Source: Piromyces finnis finn
Taxonomy: Eukaryota; Fungi; Neocallimastigomycota
Direction of reading: 5' to 3'
NCBI GenBank assembly: GCA_002104945.1
Contig: MCFH01000083.1
Coordinates: forward strand, 104,387 to 168,386
DNA: 64,000 nucleotides
The translations under genes and the position numbers were made by a program. Below the pieces are notes generated by a model. That model ran no database searches and was not told the origin of the DNA. It saw nothing but the letters and a program-made list of their open reading frames with translations. Shown piece after piece: positions 1-11,246 of this stretch; the first letter of the stretch is position 1; the number at the start of each line of letters is the position of its first letter.

Positions 1-433
1 TAAATATAGTTAAAATTTAAATCAATTTATGAAATAATGGAAAGGATTTATAATACAATATTAAAAGAAAATTTTATTTATCATTTTATATATTTTATAT
101 CAAACTTTGAATTAAATTTTAAAAACAAAGCATATTACAATTAACATATCGCTAATTTATAATTAATTAATTAATTAATTAATTTATTTATTAAAAGTAT
201 TTACAATTAAATAATTCTTTAATATAGTATTAAGTTAAAAAATAGGTAATTTATAATATATAAATTATTATATTATAAATTTATAGTAAATATATTCTAT
301 GTAATAAAATATAAAATAGGTTATATTTTAAAGTTAATGTTTTTTTTTTCTTTATTTATTAAATTATGAAATTCATATATAAATATATAGATATTTTTAA
401 TAAATTATAAATTATATTTAATGAGGATTTTTT

Positions 434-691
434 TTAAATAATCTTTTTACAATTTAAACAATAATATACTAGCGTAGCTTCTTCGTCACTACGACGAATT
501 TGTATACGTCTAATATCAATGTTGTTACTGTGACATCTTTTACAAAGTAACGAACTATTTGATATATTATTTATTTTATTTTCTAGTAATTCCAATTCTT
601 GTTGCTCCTTTATTCTATCTTCCTTAAACAAAGAGGATTCTTCAAAAAATTTATCTAATGAATTAATTGATAAATCAGCCATTGCTATCAA
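434..691 (-). CDS. TFIIS/Rpb9/Rpc11-type C-terminal zinc-ribbon protein (RNA cleavage/elongation factor); first ATG at 682
   Basis: CKRC...QIRRSDEE...YYCLNC matches the TFIIS_C ribbon (CxxC...QTRSADE...CxxC) with the acidic hairpin. Confidence 0.85.
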   Translation of the reverse strand: MIAMADLSINSLDKFFEESSLFKEDRIKEQQELELLENKINNISNSSLLCKRCHSNNIDIRRIQIRRSDEEATLVYYCLNCKKII

Positions 692-1064
692 ATAAAATTA
701 AATAGTTTAAATATAAAGTATAAAAAAAGATTTTGGTTAAAATATTAGTTATTAAATTATCTCTATTTTTATTTATGGTAATCTAAATAAAACAATAAAG
801 ATTTATATTATAATGAAATAAAAGATATTACAAATATTTTATGTATTTTATAAAGGTAATTAACTTAATATAAATTATAATAAAGATTTATAAATTAAAT
901 GATATTTTTCAATTTTTAATTTAACAAATATTTAAATATTTATTATCATTTTAGAAAAAAAATTTTTTTTTTTTTATTTTTTATTTATTTTTTTTTTTTT
1001 TTTTGAATTAATTTTAATGTTTTAAATAATTATATTAAATATTCAAAAATAAAATATATTAATA

Positions 1065-1073
1065 TAAAATGAT
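1065..1073 (+). promoter_or_regulatory. TAAAATGAT candidate early-promoter motif (representative copy; see findings for the others)
   Basis: The same 9-mer, or TAAATTGAT, lies in sense orientation ~45-165 bp upstream of 11 element genes. Confidence 0.6.
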
Positions 1074-1173
1074 ATTTATACAAGTTTAAAATAATAATAC
1101 TAAAATTTTCTGTATTATAATTGTTAATGTATTGTTAGTAAAATACAATTTTTTATTAGATAAACTTTAAAAA

Positions 1174-3372
1174 ATGGATATCATTCAATTAATTAATAAT
1201 TTATTAAGTAATAACAAATGCCTATCTAATGAATATGAAATAATAATAAATAATAAAAAATTTTCATTTTTTGAAGGAATCAATATAATTGACTGTAATA
1301 AACTTTCCAAAGATCAATATGCTGTTAAATGTAAAGATAATATAAAAGTTGACGCAAATTATTCATCATTTTTTTCTCTTTTTAACATATTGGAAAGAAA
1401 ATCAAAAGAGAAAATCTTCAAATATAATTTCGATTTAAAGGATACAACAAAAACAAGCTTTTATATTCCGGTCAATATTTCTATACATACTTTTAAAGAA
1501 GTGTATAATAAATTAATAAAATTAGATTTGCCGAATACTTGCCAATATGTCATTGGTTTTATTGGAGGATTACATTATTATCATTACTTTAATAATGATT
1601 GCTACACCGGATCATATAATTATAATCAAAATTTAATTAAAATGGATAGGGTTAAAGATATTGAAGATTTAGATAATTATATAATTATAAGATGTTGTCA
1701 TGATTGTATAAAAATCACCCATGATAAAATTGTGTTTTCCGAAAGAGATACGTATGACAATATTATTTGTAGAATATTGCCATGTTTTAATTACACAAAT
1801 GAACAAATACTAATTAGATTTACACCTTGTGATGCTTCTTTTATCTATCCAATATCTATAAACTTTCAATTATTTGATCTAATGCTCTATGAAAATGGTT
1901 TTTATCCTTATATATATGCCAATGAAAGCGATAGTTTAATAAAGTGCCAAGAAAAATTAGTGTATACAATGAATATTCTTAATAAATCCATTAACATGTT
2001 GCTTTACAACAAATACAAGCAATTTACAGAAACTATCCAATTTCAAGATTTAGAGTGGTATATGTACTCGGCTGTTAAAAAAGTGTTGAAATACCTATAT
2101 TTATTTTATATTGACTTCCATATACGTTATTATCAAAGAAATGAACCTTTCAGTACTCCAATTAAAATAAATTACAATAGATTATTTGGAAAATATTATA
2201 CTAGATATTTTAATAATAAAGATAAAGTATTGCCGGTGATTGCTGATAAGGATTACTGCGTCGAAAATAATATTCCGTATGTTCAATGGAATAGCAATTA
2301 CTATAGAGCTCCGGAAAATTCGGGATATAAAATAATTCTTTCAACAAATAAAAAATATACAGATAATAACGGAATTCCTAAATGTGTTAAAGTCATAAGA
2401 AAGTATAAGGAAAAAAGGGAAGTTGTCTACTTTAACATAACCCATGAACTAAACGAACATTGTAAAGGCCAATTCCCTTCAAATTTATTTATATCCTATG
2501 GCTTTGAATTACTGCATTTATACCGTGTATATTTCGATATCCCGGAAATATCTAGTAAATTTACCACTTGTCCTAAATGCAACACCTACATTAGCATTCC
2601 AAGTCAAAAAGACTTGGTAAATACCATAAAAGACTTACTTCATCACAACCAATTAAAAATACTAAATAAAAATTACAGTTTCAATGATGTTAACATACTT
2701 TCTTTTTCTATTGATAACGATATGAATGTATATCCGTATTGCGTTTTTAACCACGTTTACAGTTTTAATCCTTTCATTCCTTTTTTAATAGTTATATTAA
2801 ACACTTCTAAATTATATACATTTCCTAATTATCGATTTGAATTTGTGGTAGGCCCAAATGACAATTGGTTCAATTTTAATGATGATCTTGTACAGGCTAT
2901 ATTTTCTATGTATAAAAAAAACTCTATTTTAATTATGGATAGTACTAAATTAAATAAATGCATTAAGCAATACGTCTTAGATAATGACACTGCAACCACT
3001 ACTATTTTAATAGCAGAAAAAGAATATCCAAATGAAAATTTTTATCTATGGAGATCTATTTATTCAGAAGTAATACCTAAGATACCAATAATAAAGGATG
3101 CCGAAGAATTTCACAATACCCTGCCATCATTTTCATTTCTATGTAAAACGATTAAAAGTATATCTGCTTTTCATTACAATGCATTGGATGAAAATAATGA
3201 AAAATTCATGGTTTATGGTGTATGGGAAAATGAAATTTATTACCCATGTAAAGCATCATTGGAGATAGTAAAACCGGATAGCATTAATAAACCTTACTTA
3301 TTAATAAAAAGAAATTTAGATGGAACTGTTTATTCATTTACTAAAGATAGTTCTAATTTTATAGTTTTTTAA
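1174..3372 (+). CDS. Probable viral early transcription factor large subunit (VETF-L, poxvirus A7-like)
   Basis: Segment NRLFGKYYTRYF..LPVI..NYYRAP..GYKIIL..NGIPKC resembles the conserved LF..Y.R.C..QP.I..YY.CP..YPGL..N..P.C block of NCLDV VETF-L; context with RNAP, capping enzyme and D6/D11 helicase. Confidence 0.6.
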   Translation: MDIIQLINNLLSNNKCLSNEYEIIINNKKFSFFEGINIIDCNKLSKDQYAVKCKDNIKVDANYSSFFSLFNILERKSKEKIFKYNFDLKDTTKTSFYIPVNISIHTFKEVYNKLIKLDLPNTCQYVIGFIGGLHYYHYFNNDCYTGSYNYNQNLIKMDRVKDIEDLDNYIIIRCCHDCIKITHDKIVFSERDTYDNIICRILPCFNYTNEQILIRFTPCDASFIYPISINFQLFDLMLYENGFYPYIYANESDSLIKCQEKLVYTMNILNKSINMLLYNKYKQFTETIQFQDLEWYMYSAVKKVLKYLYLFYIDFHIRYYQRNEPFSTPIKINYNRLFGKYYTRYFNNKDKVLPVIADKDYCVENNIPYVQWNSNYYRAPENSGYKIILSTNKKYTDNNGIPKCVKVIRKYKEKREVVYFNITHELNEHCKGQFPSNLFISYGFELLHLYRVYFDIPEISSKFTTCPKCNTYISIPSQKDLVNTIKDLLHHNQLKILNKNYSFNDVNILSFSIDNDMNVYPYCVFNHVYSFNPFIPFLIVILNTSKLYTFPNYRFEFVVGPNDNWFNFNDDLVQAIFSMYKKNSILIMDSTKLNKCIKQYVLDNDTATTTILIAEKEYPNENFYLWRSIYSEVIPKIPIIKDAEEFHNTLPSFSFLCKTIKSISAFHYNALDENNEKFMVYGVWENEIYYPCKASLEIVKPDSINKPYLLIKRNLDGTVYSFTKDSSNFIVF

Positions 3373-3803
3373 TTTAATATATGAAAAAAAAATTGTAGTT
3401 ACAAAAAATTTTTAAATTAGAATTTCCTATTTATTTTTAAAATTTATATACTTTGTTTTTTTTAAATGATATAAATAATATATATATATTTTATTTTATT
3501 TTATTTTATTATATAAATAGTTATAAACATTAAATTTTGTCTTCAAAAGAATATTAAAAATAAATAAATGTATAAATAAATGATATAATAATTAATTACA
3601 AATAATTAATAATTAAATATACATCTACCTATCTTTCTAAATATATATGTATATATAATAAAATATAATTAATTAATTAAATAAATTGAATTTTGAATTT
3701 AATATAAAATGATAATTTATTTATCTGAATAATAATTAATCTATTATAAATATATAGTGTAAATTATATTGTAAATATTTTTTTAAATATTTTATAAATC
3801 AAT

Positions 3804-5453
3804 ATGAATTTGGAAGACTTTCCTGATAATGATATCGATTATATTTGTAATGAAATACATAAAAAATTTGAAAGAAATAAAAGCTTAATAACATATATTA
3901 ATCAAGTTAATGATAAAGTTAGAACCTTTTTAAAGAAAAAACATAAATCAGAAAAAATAGATTGTGATAAGTTTGTTAAATATATTGTTGATAAAATTGA
4001 GTTTCGTATGATAAAAGAAAATGTTCATGTTGGCATTTTAGCAGCTCAGTCAATTGGTGAACCGGTTACACAATCAGCATTAAGTTACTTTCATAACTTA
4101 ACTAGTAATAAAGAAAATATTAATGGATTGAAGGAACTGTACAATATAACCCATAATAAGTTGGATTTCAGCGTAGCTGAATTCTACTTCAAATCAAAAG
4201 ATTATGATAGAGTATTAAAGAAGACGGTAATGAGCAATATGGAATATAAGACTTTAAATGATGTAGTTTTAGATGTTGTATATGATGGTTTCATCCTTCG
4301 CTTTTATTTATGCCGCCATACTATATTTAATTTCAGATTTCATCCCCAAACTATTTTTGATGCTCTAAAAAAATATTTAAATGATACAAAAAATATATTG
4401 AATACATGGGAAGCATCTATAAATTTTTCGGATCTTTATATTCAATTTTCTCAACCTTCTTCAAAGTTTCTTGACTGGTTGGATGATCATCAAATTAAAT
4501 ATTTAGTAGATGTAGATATGATATGTGTTTATAAACAAAATGAAAATGAAAATGAAAATGAAAATGAAAATGAAAATGAAAATGAAAATGAAAATGAAAA
4601 TGAAAATGAAAATGAAAATGAAAATGAAAATGAAAATGAAAATGAAAATGAAAATGAAAATGAAAATGAAAATGAAAATGAAAATGAAAATGTTGATTAT
4701 AATAATACACATATTAGGGAAAACAATAATATAAACTATTTTGATATTAATGAACATAATATTGGAAATATTAAATTTATGTCAAATATTATAAAAAAAA
4801 GAAATTTTATTACTGATTATTTTGAAGACCATAAATTAAAATTCGAAGAAAATGATAAATATTATATACTTGATAGTGGCTATATTAATTTAAATAAAGA
4901 TGATATAACAAAAATATTAGATAATGTTGTATTATCAGGAACTAAAGGGGTTGTTAAAGTTGAAAAGAACTTTATTGGAGATGAATTATATTTAGAGGTT
5001 ACAGGATTAAACTTAAATTCTCTCTTTAATAATAAATATCTTGATAAGAATCGCTCTAGATATATCGTATATGGTAATTCAATGGACATTAACTTTGAAT
5101 TACGTAAACAAAATATTTTAATGCAATTACAAAGAATTGTGAATGTTGATTCTTCCTCAACCTATAATAACCAACATATATAATTATTAACTAATTTTAT
5201 GTGTCGTGATAACACAATTTTGCCAATGTCCCGTTTTGGAATGAAAAAAGGTAATTATTCTTTTATATCTCAATTATCTTTTGAAGATCCTTATAGCGTA
5301 ATTCAAGATGTATTCTATGGTGTCAAAGATAATTTAACATCTATATCTTCAAAGTTGATTACAGGAATATATAATGATAATGAAGAAGAAAATACTGAAA
5401 ATACTGAAAAAGATAAAAAGAATGATAAGAACGAGAAGAATGAAAAAGATTAA
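3804..5453 (+). pseudogene. RNA polymerase largest subunit, C-terminal part (A''-like; Rpb1 regions G-H), with in-frame TAA at 5181-5183
   Basis: GILAAQSIGEPVTQSALSYFH (region G). ORFs 3804..5183 and 5199..5453 are in the same frame, and reading through gives QHI*LLTNFMCRD..MSRFG..SFED (region H). No CTD heptads. Confidence 0.88.
4537..4692 (+). repeat. (AATGAA)n microsatellite, ~26 units, encoding an in-frame (Asn-Glu)n tract in the Rpb1 C-terminal gene
   Basis: Perfect hexamer array read directly. Confidence 0.97.
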
Positions 5454-5804
5454 ATACACTGAAAATAAATAAGAAATATTAGAAGAACTAGCATGATTTT
5501 ATTTTAATATTATTTTTATTTTATATTCTTAATTTTGATATACAAAGTCATATAATGTTATTACACTTTTTTTTTTTAAAAAAAATAAAATATTATCTTT
5601 AATTATAAAATATTTTTATTAATAAACATAATTAAATATTAGTAAGTAATTATAAATGTAGTTTTAAAAAATATATAATAGATATAAAAAATACTTTTTT
5701 TAAAAAAAATATATTTAGTGTATAAGAATATTATAAATATTTAAATAGTAAATTATTTTTTATTTCTTTCTAGATTAGTAATTATATTTATAACATAAAA
5801 TAAA

Positions 5805-8800
5805 TTATAATAAATCACTAATATTTGTATTTAAAACTTTTAATAAACTTTTGAATCCTGTTTCTACATAATGATAATAATAATATTGATAATCTAGTTT
5901 AGGCTTACTAATATTTTTATTTTTAGTAGCCTTTTCACATATATTTTTGTACAAGTCTAAAGATATCATTTTGTCTCCTAATAATTTTGAATTCTCATTA
6001 AATGCAAATGAATTGGTATCTATAATTATATATTCAACTTTTTCACCAACTTTATAATCCAAGTTATACATTTTATGGTTATTAACAAAGAGTAAAACAT
6101 AGTAAGACTTATTAACGTACTTTGGTCCAATAGACAATTTCATAATCAACTTTTCTAATGGTACATCACCAGAAAGCAACTTATTTTTCATTTCTAGTAC
6201 CTTATTACGTATCAGGTTTTCTGGATAATCAAAAAGTATCATATATAAAAATATTTTATAATAATCTCTAATGAAAATACAAGTATTCTTTTTAATAATA
6301 TCTATCCCTTTGATATACAATTCCGATGTATTTGCCAAAACACCACAGTATTTCTTTTTGGAAATAATTAACATTCTTTTAAATGTGTTTTCATATTTTA
6401 GATGCATTCCTTCGGGTAATTGATCGGTAACATATTCTGCTACTAATTTACAGTCTTCAATAAATTTATTAATATTAAAATCTTTAGTATCATGATATTT
6501 TTCGCTACTTTTATTTTCTACATCCTTCTTATATTCAATAAGACATGAATCTGTATCACCATAAATTACTCTAAATTTGGTATTTTCACAAATTAAGGCA
6601 ATCGTTTTATTCAAGTAGTTTCTTCCCATTCCTGTGGTACATTCAGCACCTGGTAGGAATCTTAAATACTTTAAAGAACCCGAGCCAAGACACCCATAAA
6701 TAGAATTAGCTTGTATCTTTAATGCATATTGACGTTTATCATATATAATATAATCGGATCCAGATGCCTTTTTCATCATGTTTTTATAGCGAATTCTTTC
6801 TGAAAGAAGTAACTTCATCATTCGAGGTAAGATGCCAACATGACTTTTTGTAAAATAATACACTTTATTCCCTATATCAATTTTATGATACTCATCTTCC
6901 GCATACTTTCCAATATCACTGTTATGAATTAATGTTGTATAGCATATATTATGCGTAATGATGACACTTGGATATAAACTTGTAAAATCCAGCATAGTAC
7001 AATAATTGTATACACCGGATAATGGTTCAATAACAGTAGCACCTTTATAGCTAGATATATCAGAATTATCAATATCTATGCAAATATTATTATCATAGCA
7101 ATATTTATATAATAAATTTGCAAATTTTTTACTCTGCCCGTTTTTATAAACTTCATCAACCCGGATTCTTGAAGTTTTGGCAATTTCTAAAAGTTGAATC
7201 CATTGATATGAAATGTTAAATATTTCTAGAGTTAGGATGGAATCCATAATACAATACATTGCCACTTTATTTAAAGAATCATTGGTATTTTCGTAAATTA
7301 AATAAAACATGTCTTTGAAGGGTAAATCGATTTTATGCTTATTTAATAGTTGCTCAGAAACATAATTTAAACTAGCCGATGGCATATTTAAAGATTTTGC
7401 GTATTTGAAAATATCAATTGTAATTCTACCTGGAATCTTAAGTTCAACTTCATTATTAGAAGTAGTCATGAATTTTGTTGGCATATTTAGAATTCTATTG
7501 GCCTTAAATGGTGAATCCTTCTGATCAATAATCGAATACATACCAGCTCTTTGGGCTAAGTATTTATAATCGAATCCAAAAGTATTATAACCGATAATTA
7601 GGTCCGGATCCAATTTCCGGATTTGATTAAAAAATTCACAAATTAAGTCATATTCTGATTCCACAAATATAATATCATATTTATCATTTAAAATATCACT
7701 TTTTAGAATTTTATCCTTTTTAGATTTTTCGTGTTTCATAATAAATTCTTCTATTGGTTCTAATGAGCTTTCTTCCTCTTCCTCTTTCTTTGTAAAACTA
7801 TTTAGAGAATTTTTAATCAACTTTTCATTTTTCAAACTATTATTTAGTATACTTTTTAGTCTATTAAATCTACTTTTAATATCACAATTATATGTGCAGT
7901 TATTATTATTTAAAAGCGCTTTTAGTCTATGATATCTTTTTTCCACCTCAATATCATTAGTTTTAATAATAACACTATTATTATTATTATCATTTTTATT
8001 ATTTTTATTGTTGTTAATACTTGTAGTAGGGTTAGTAGAGGAAAAAGAAGATAAGGTTGTTGTAGTGTCATTAATAAAAAATGAATTATTTATATCCATA
8101 CAAACTGATTTAGATTTACTACAATTAATTGTATTATCAACAGTGCTAGTATGAATTGAATTATTATAATCATTTATAGTATTACTCATATTACTATTGA
8201 TATTTAAACTATCCACTTTTTGTTTTTCTTTTGCAATTACTGAATTGCACTTAACACCAACATCTAATTTATCTAATTCAATGGAACCTTGGTCATCTTT
8301 GTAACTTTTATTAATATTATTAATATTATTAATATTATTGCTATTTTCATTTTCGATTTTTTTATCAAAAAATACAAAATTTTTGCACGAATTATTAAAT
8401 TTATTGATATCAATAAAAGATATAAATGAAGGACTAATTTCATTTAATTGTGACCGATTTACAATATTATTTTTGTCTTTGTACTTTACACAAATAGCAA
8501 TATTTCTTTGAATGTCTTTATAATGATATACAATACTAACAGTTGATATATAGTCATTATATAAATAGCAATTTGGAAAAGATTCAAAATCATGAGACAT
8601 GCATTCTATATCAAACGACAATATAGAGGGTTCCGGATAATTGTCTATTTTTTTTTCATGAATATCTTTATAGCTGATGATATATTCCTTATTGAAAGTG
8701 GTATATTTTTCCATTTCATTTTTTTGGTATACATTTGAATAAATCCATCCAATGGTATCTAGATTTTGAGTTGAAAGAAAAGATGACACTAAGTCAACAT

Positions 8801-9095
8801 TAAATAGAGTTGTATGAAATGAAGCGTATTCAGAATATTTTTTAAAATACACTTTATAAACTTTCTTTTCTCCATCGAGGTAATGACGTAATAATCTTTT
8901 GTGTAAAACTTCTTTTTTATTATTAATATAATTAAAATTATTCATATTTATGGATTCAGAATATTTAAACAATGGAAAATCCTTAATAACAACTGCTATT
9001 TTATCATTATTTTTGTTATACCCAAATCCGATAATAATAGGTGAATCGTCATTAATGAATAATTCCCAATTATAAATAAAACAAGTTAATACCAT
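5805..9095 (-). CDS. polB: Family B DNA polymerase, RNA-primed (delta/NCLDV) type, with 3'-5' exonuclease
   Basis: ExoI SFDIEC, ExoII GYNTFGFD, ExoIII YCIMD, motif A LDFTSLYPS, motif B KIQANSIYG, motif C YGDTDS; long N/S/K-rich insert between ExoI and ExoII. Confidence 0.97.
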   Translation of the reverse strand: MVLTCFIYNWELFINDDSPIIIGFGYNKNNDKIAVVIKDFPLFKYSESINMNNFNYINNKKEVLHKRLLRHYLDGEKKVYKVYFKKYSEYASFHTTLFNVDLVSSFLSTQNLDTIGWIYSNVYQKNEMEKYTTFNKEYIISYKDIHEKKIDNYPEPSILSFDIECMSHDFESFPNCYLYNDYISTVSIVYHYKDIQRNIAICVKYKDKNNIVNRSQLNEISPSFISFIDINKFNNSCKNFVFFDKKIENENSNNINNINNINKSYKDDQGSIELDKLDVGVKCNSVIAKEKQKVDSLNINSNMSNTINDYNNSIHTSTVDNTINCSKSKSVCMDINNSFFINDTTTTLSSFSSTNPTTSINNNKNNKNDNNNNSVIIKTNDIEVEKRYHRLKALLNNNNCTYNCDIKSRFNRLKSILNNSLKNEKLIKNSLNSFTKKEEEEESSLEPIEEFIMKHEKSKKDKILKSDILNDKYDIIFVESEYDLICEFFNQIRKLDPDLIIGYNTFGFDYKYLAQRAGMYSIIDQKDSPFKANRILNMPTKFMTTSNNEVELKIPGRITIDIFKYAKSLNMPSASLNYVSEQLLNKHKIDLPFKDMFYLIYENTNDSLNKVAMYCIMDSILTLEIFNISYQWIQLLEIAKTSRIRVDEVYKNGQSKKFANLLYKYCYDNNICIDIDNSDISSYKGATVIEPLSGVYNYCTMLDFTSLYPSVIITHNICYTTLIHNSDIGKYAEDEYHKIDIGNKVYYFTKSHVGILPRMMKLLLSERIRYKNMMKKASGSDYIIYDKRQYALKIQANSIYGCLGSGSLKYLRFLPGAECTTGMGRNYLNKTIALICENTKFRVIYGDTDSCLIEYKKDVENKSSEKYHDTKDFNINKFIEDCKLVAEYVTDQLPEGMHLKYENTFKRMLIISKKKYCGVLANTSELYIKGIDIIKKNTCIFIRDYYKIFLYMILFDYPENLIRNKVLEMKNKLLSGDVPLEKLIMKLSIGPKYVNKSYYVLLFVNNHKMYNLDYKVGEKVEYIIIDTNSFAFNENSKLLGDKMISLDLYKNICEKATKNKNISKPKLDYQYYYYHYVETGFKSLLKVLNTNISDLL

Positions 9096-9166
9096 ATTTG
9101 AAATATTAGAACAATAAAATTATATGTTTACCAAAATATGTATTTAAAATAAAAAATCAATTATAA

Positions 9167-9607
9167 TTATAATGAAACATATTTATCATTACCAATTAAA
9201 TTATATATATGTAAATAGCGAATAATATCAAAAGCATATTCCATATGACTTTCATCATTGTCCATTCTCATAATGTCTTTTAAAAGTTCATTAATTTTAC
9301 CCCTATAATTAGGATTATTAATGTCATTGGAATGAAATTTCGGATATTCATAATTCTTAATAATATAAATTAAATATAGCATCGAAATATTTAATTTATT
9401 GAAGCGATTTTCGTTTTCATTTGAATCACTACGATAAAATATATGAACCTTTAAGAAATCGATAAATTCATTAACGTATAATGAATTGCTATACTTTCCA
9501 GTAGTAGTACTTAACAATTTATAGTGAATTTGCTGATGGATACTTTTATCATAGCTGAAACTGTTTCCTTTTAATTGATGAGTAATTTTAGAAGAGTCTA
9601 AATTCAT
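9167..9607 (-). CDS. Hypothetical protein, 146 aa
   Basis: ATG-started ORF with normal composition, directly upstream of polB on the same strand; TAAAATGAT motif ~45 bp upstream. Confidence 0.7.
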   Translation of the reverse strand: MNLDSSKITHQLKGNSFSYDKSIHQQIHYKLLSTTTGKYSNSLYVNEFIDFLKVHIFYRSDSNENENRFNKLNISMLYLIYIIKNYEYPKFHSNDINNPNYRGKINELLKDIMRMDNDESHMEYAFDIIRYLHIYNLIGNDKYVSL

Positions 9608-10014
9608 TTTTATTTAACTTACTTTTTATCAAATGAACCTAATTATTTTAATCATTTTATATATTATAATCTATTACTAAATCAGTTAATTAACTAATTA
9701 ATTAAATTTTTTATTTAATTAATTATTTATAAACCTATTAATTTTAAATATATATATATCTAATTAAATGCATTTTTTTGTATATAATAAGATAAAACTT
9801 AATATTTATAATCAATTAATTGGTGTATTTAAAAATAAACAAATATATATTTGTTTATATAAATACTCAATGATATTCCATTCACAACAAATGATTTTTA
9901 TTTCATTTAATTAATATTTTATAAATTATAAATTAGAAAGTAAAGTTTCTGTTTTTTTTAATCCTTATAAATAAGAAAAACTAAAAAAAAAAAAAAAAAA
10001 GTATAAATCAAGAA

Positions 10015-10599
10015 ATGTCAGAAGTAGTAAAGAATCTATCTCAAATGAGATTAAATGAACTAAAGCGTACAGCAATTACTGACGCCATTACTCTTGTCTT
10101 AAATACGATAAGTAAGCAAGTTTCAATAACCAAAAAAGATAAATCTTTTACTGTTAAGAAATTAACAAAAACAATAGAATTAATGTACAAATTACTTGCT
10201 GACTTAAATAACGACCAATTCCCTTTGGATATTATTAGTTCATTGAAACCTCACATCACAAGCAGCTTAAGCAATACATTTTGTTACAAACCACCACTTA
10301 AAAGTAGTAGTAAAAAGGAAATCTTTGAAAGTACACCAATTATATTTACTCCTAATATTCAATTAGCTTTAGAAATTTCTTACAAAGAAATTAAAAAGGA
10401 TATCAAATTACAAAAATTGCCAGAGTATTATCACTTCTTTGTATTACCTTTAAATATTGATGATAAAGAATACATTATTACCTATGCTGAAGAAAACAAA
10501 TATTCAAAACGTGAAATTATTGAGATATTACTCGATAATGTCGAAATTAGTAAAGATGCACTTTCTAAGGAAATTAAAACTAAATATGAATTTATTTAA
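10015..10599 (+). CDS. Hypothetical protein, 194 aa (basic, predicted helical)
   Basis: ATG-started ORF with higher GC than its flanks; no recognisable motif. Confidence 0.7.
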   Translation: MSEVVKNLSQMRLNELKRTAITDAITLVLNTISKQVSITKKDKSFTVKKLTKTIELMYKLLADLNNDQFPLDIISSLKPHITSSLSNTFCYKPPLKSSSKKEIFESTPIIFTPNIQLALEISYKEIKKDIKLQKLPEYYHFFVLPLNIDDKEYIITYAEENKYSKREIIEILLDNVEISKDALSKEIKTKYEFI

Positions 10600-10640
10600 T
10601 GAAATTTTATTTATGCCCTAACCTTTTTAGCATAATAATA

Positions 10641-10788
10641 ATAATAATAAAAATCTTATAAAAATAATAAAAATCTTATAAAAATAATAAAAATCTTATA
10701 AAAATAATAAAAATCTTATAAAAATAATAAAAATCTTATAAAAATAATAAAAATCTTATAAAAATAATAAAAATCTTATAAAAATAAT
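10641..10788 (+). repeat. 20-bp tandem repeat (AAAATAATAAAAATCTTATA) x7
   Basis: Seven consecutive near-perfect copies with no spacers. Confidence 0.95.
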
Positions 10789-11246
10789 TTATTTAGTTAT
10801 TAAAAAGATATATTTATATATATTTGTAAATAGTTTAGTTATGACGTCATTAATTCATCTATTTTACTAATGTTATTGGATGTTTAAATTGGAATAATAT
10901 ATGTAATTAACATTAATTATAATAATGATAATAAAGAGAGTTATATGATGATTGATATATAAATAAAATTATTTGATTTATATAAATGAATATACATTAT
11001 ATTCTATTTAAATTTTTAATCTAAGTAAATAAATTATTATTAAAGATTAAAGTTATTTTTTTTTTTAAAAGTAAAAATTAATGTCAGTTTATGTAAGAAT
11101 TCTATCAATATAAAATGCATTAAATTCTCATTAACTTATAATTTAAATATATTAAAATTTTCAATTTTATTTTTAAAATGAAAATAAGTTTATTTTATTT
11201 TATGTTTACAAAGTCTTCTTTAATAATAATCTATTAATACAATAAT

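Larger units (their letters stand above)
1..3615 (+). repeat. Direct repeat copy 1 (at least 3.6 kb; left end cut by window)
   Basis: Position 1 aligns to 54130; both copies carry identical 85-aa and 732-aa ORFs; similarity decays at ~3570-3615. Confidence 0.97.

Noticed and set aside
3373-3803. Poxvirus early termination signals (TTTTTNT) after element genes
   Set aside because: T-runs are ubiquitous in this background, so the motif is not discriminating by eye.
4495-4757. ORFs of (HF)n, (IF)n and (MK)n
   Set aside because: Alternative-frame readings of the AATGAA microsatellite inside the Rpb1 C-terminal gene.
10641-10788. Possible CRISPR array (also considered for 31512..31706)
   Set aside because: Repeats are contiguous with no unique spacers, there are no cas genes and the context is eukaryotic.
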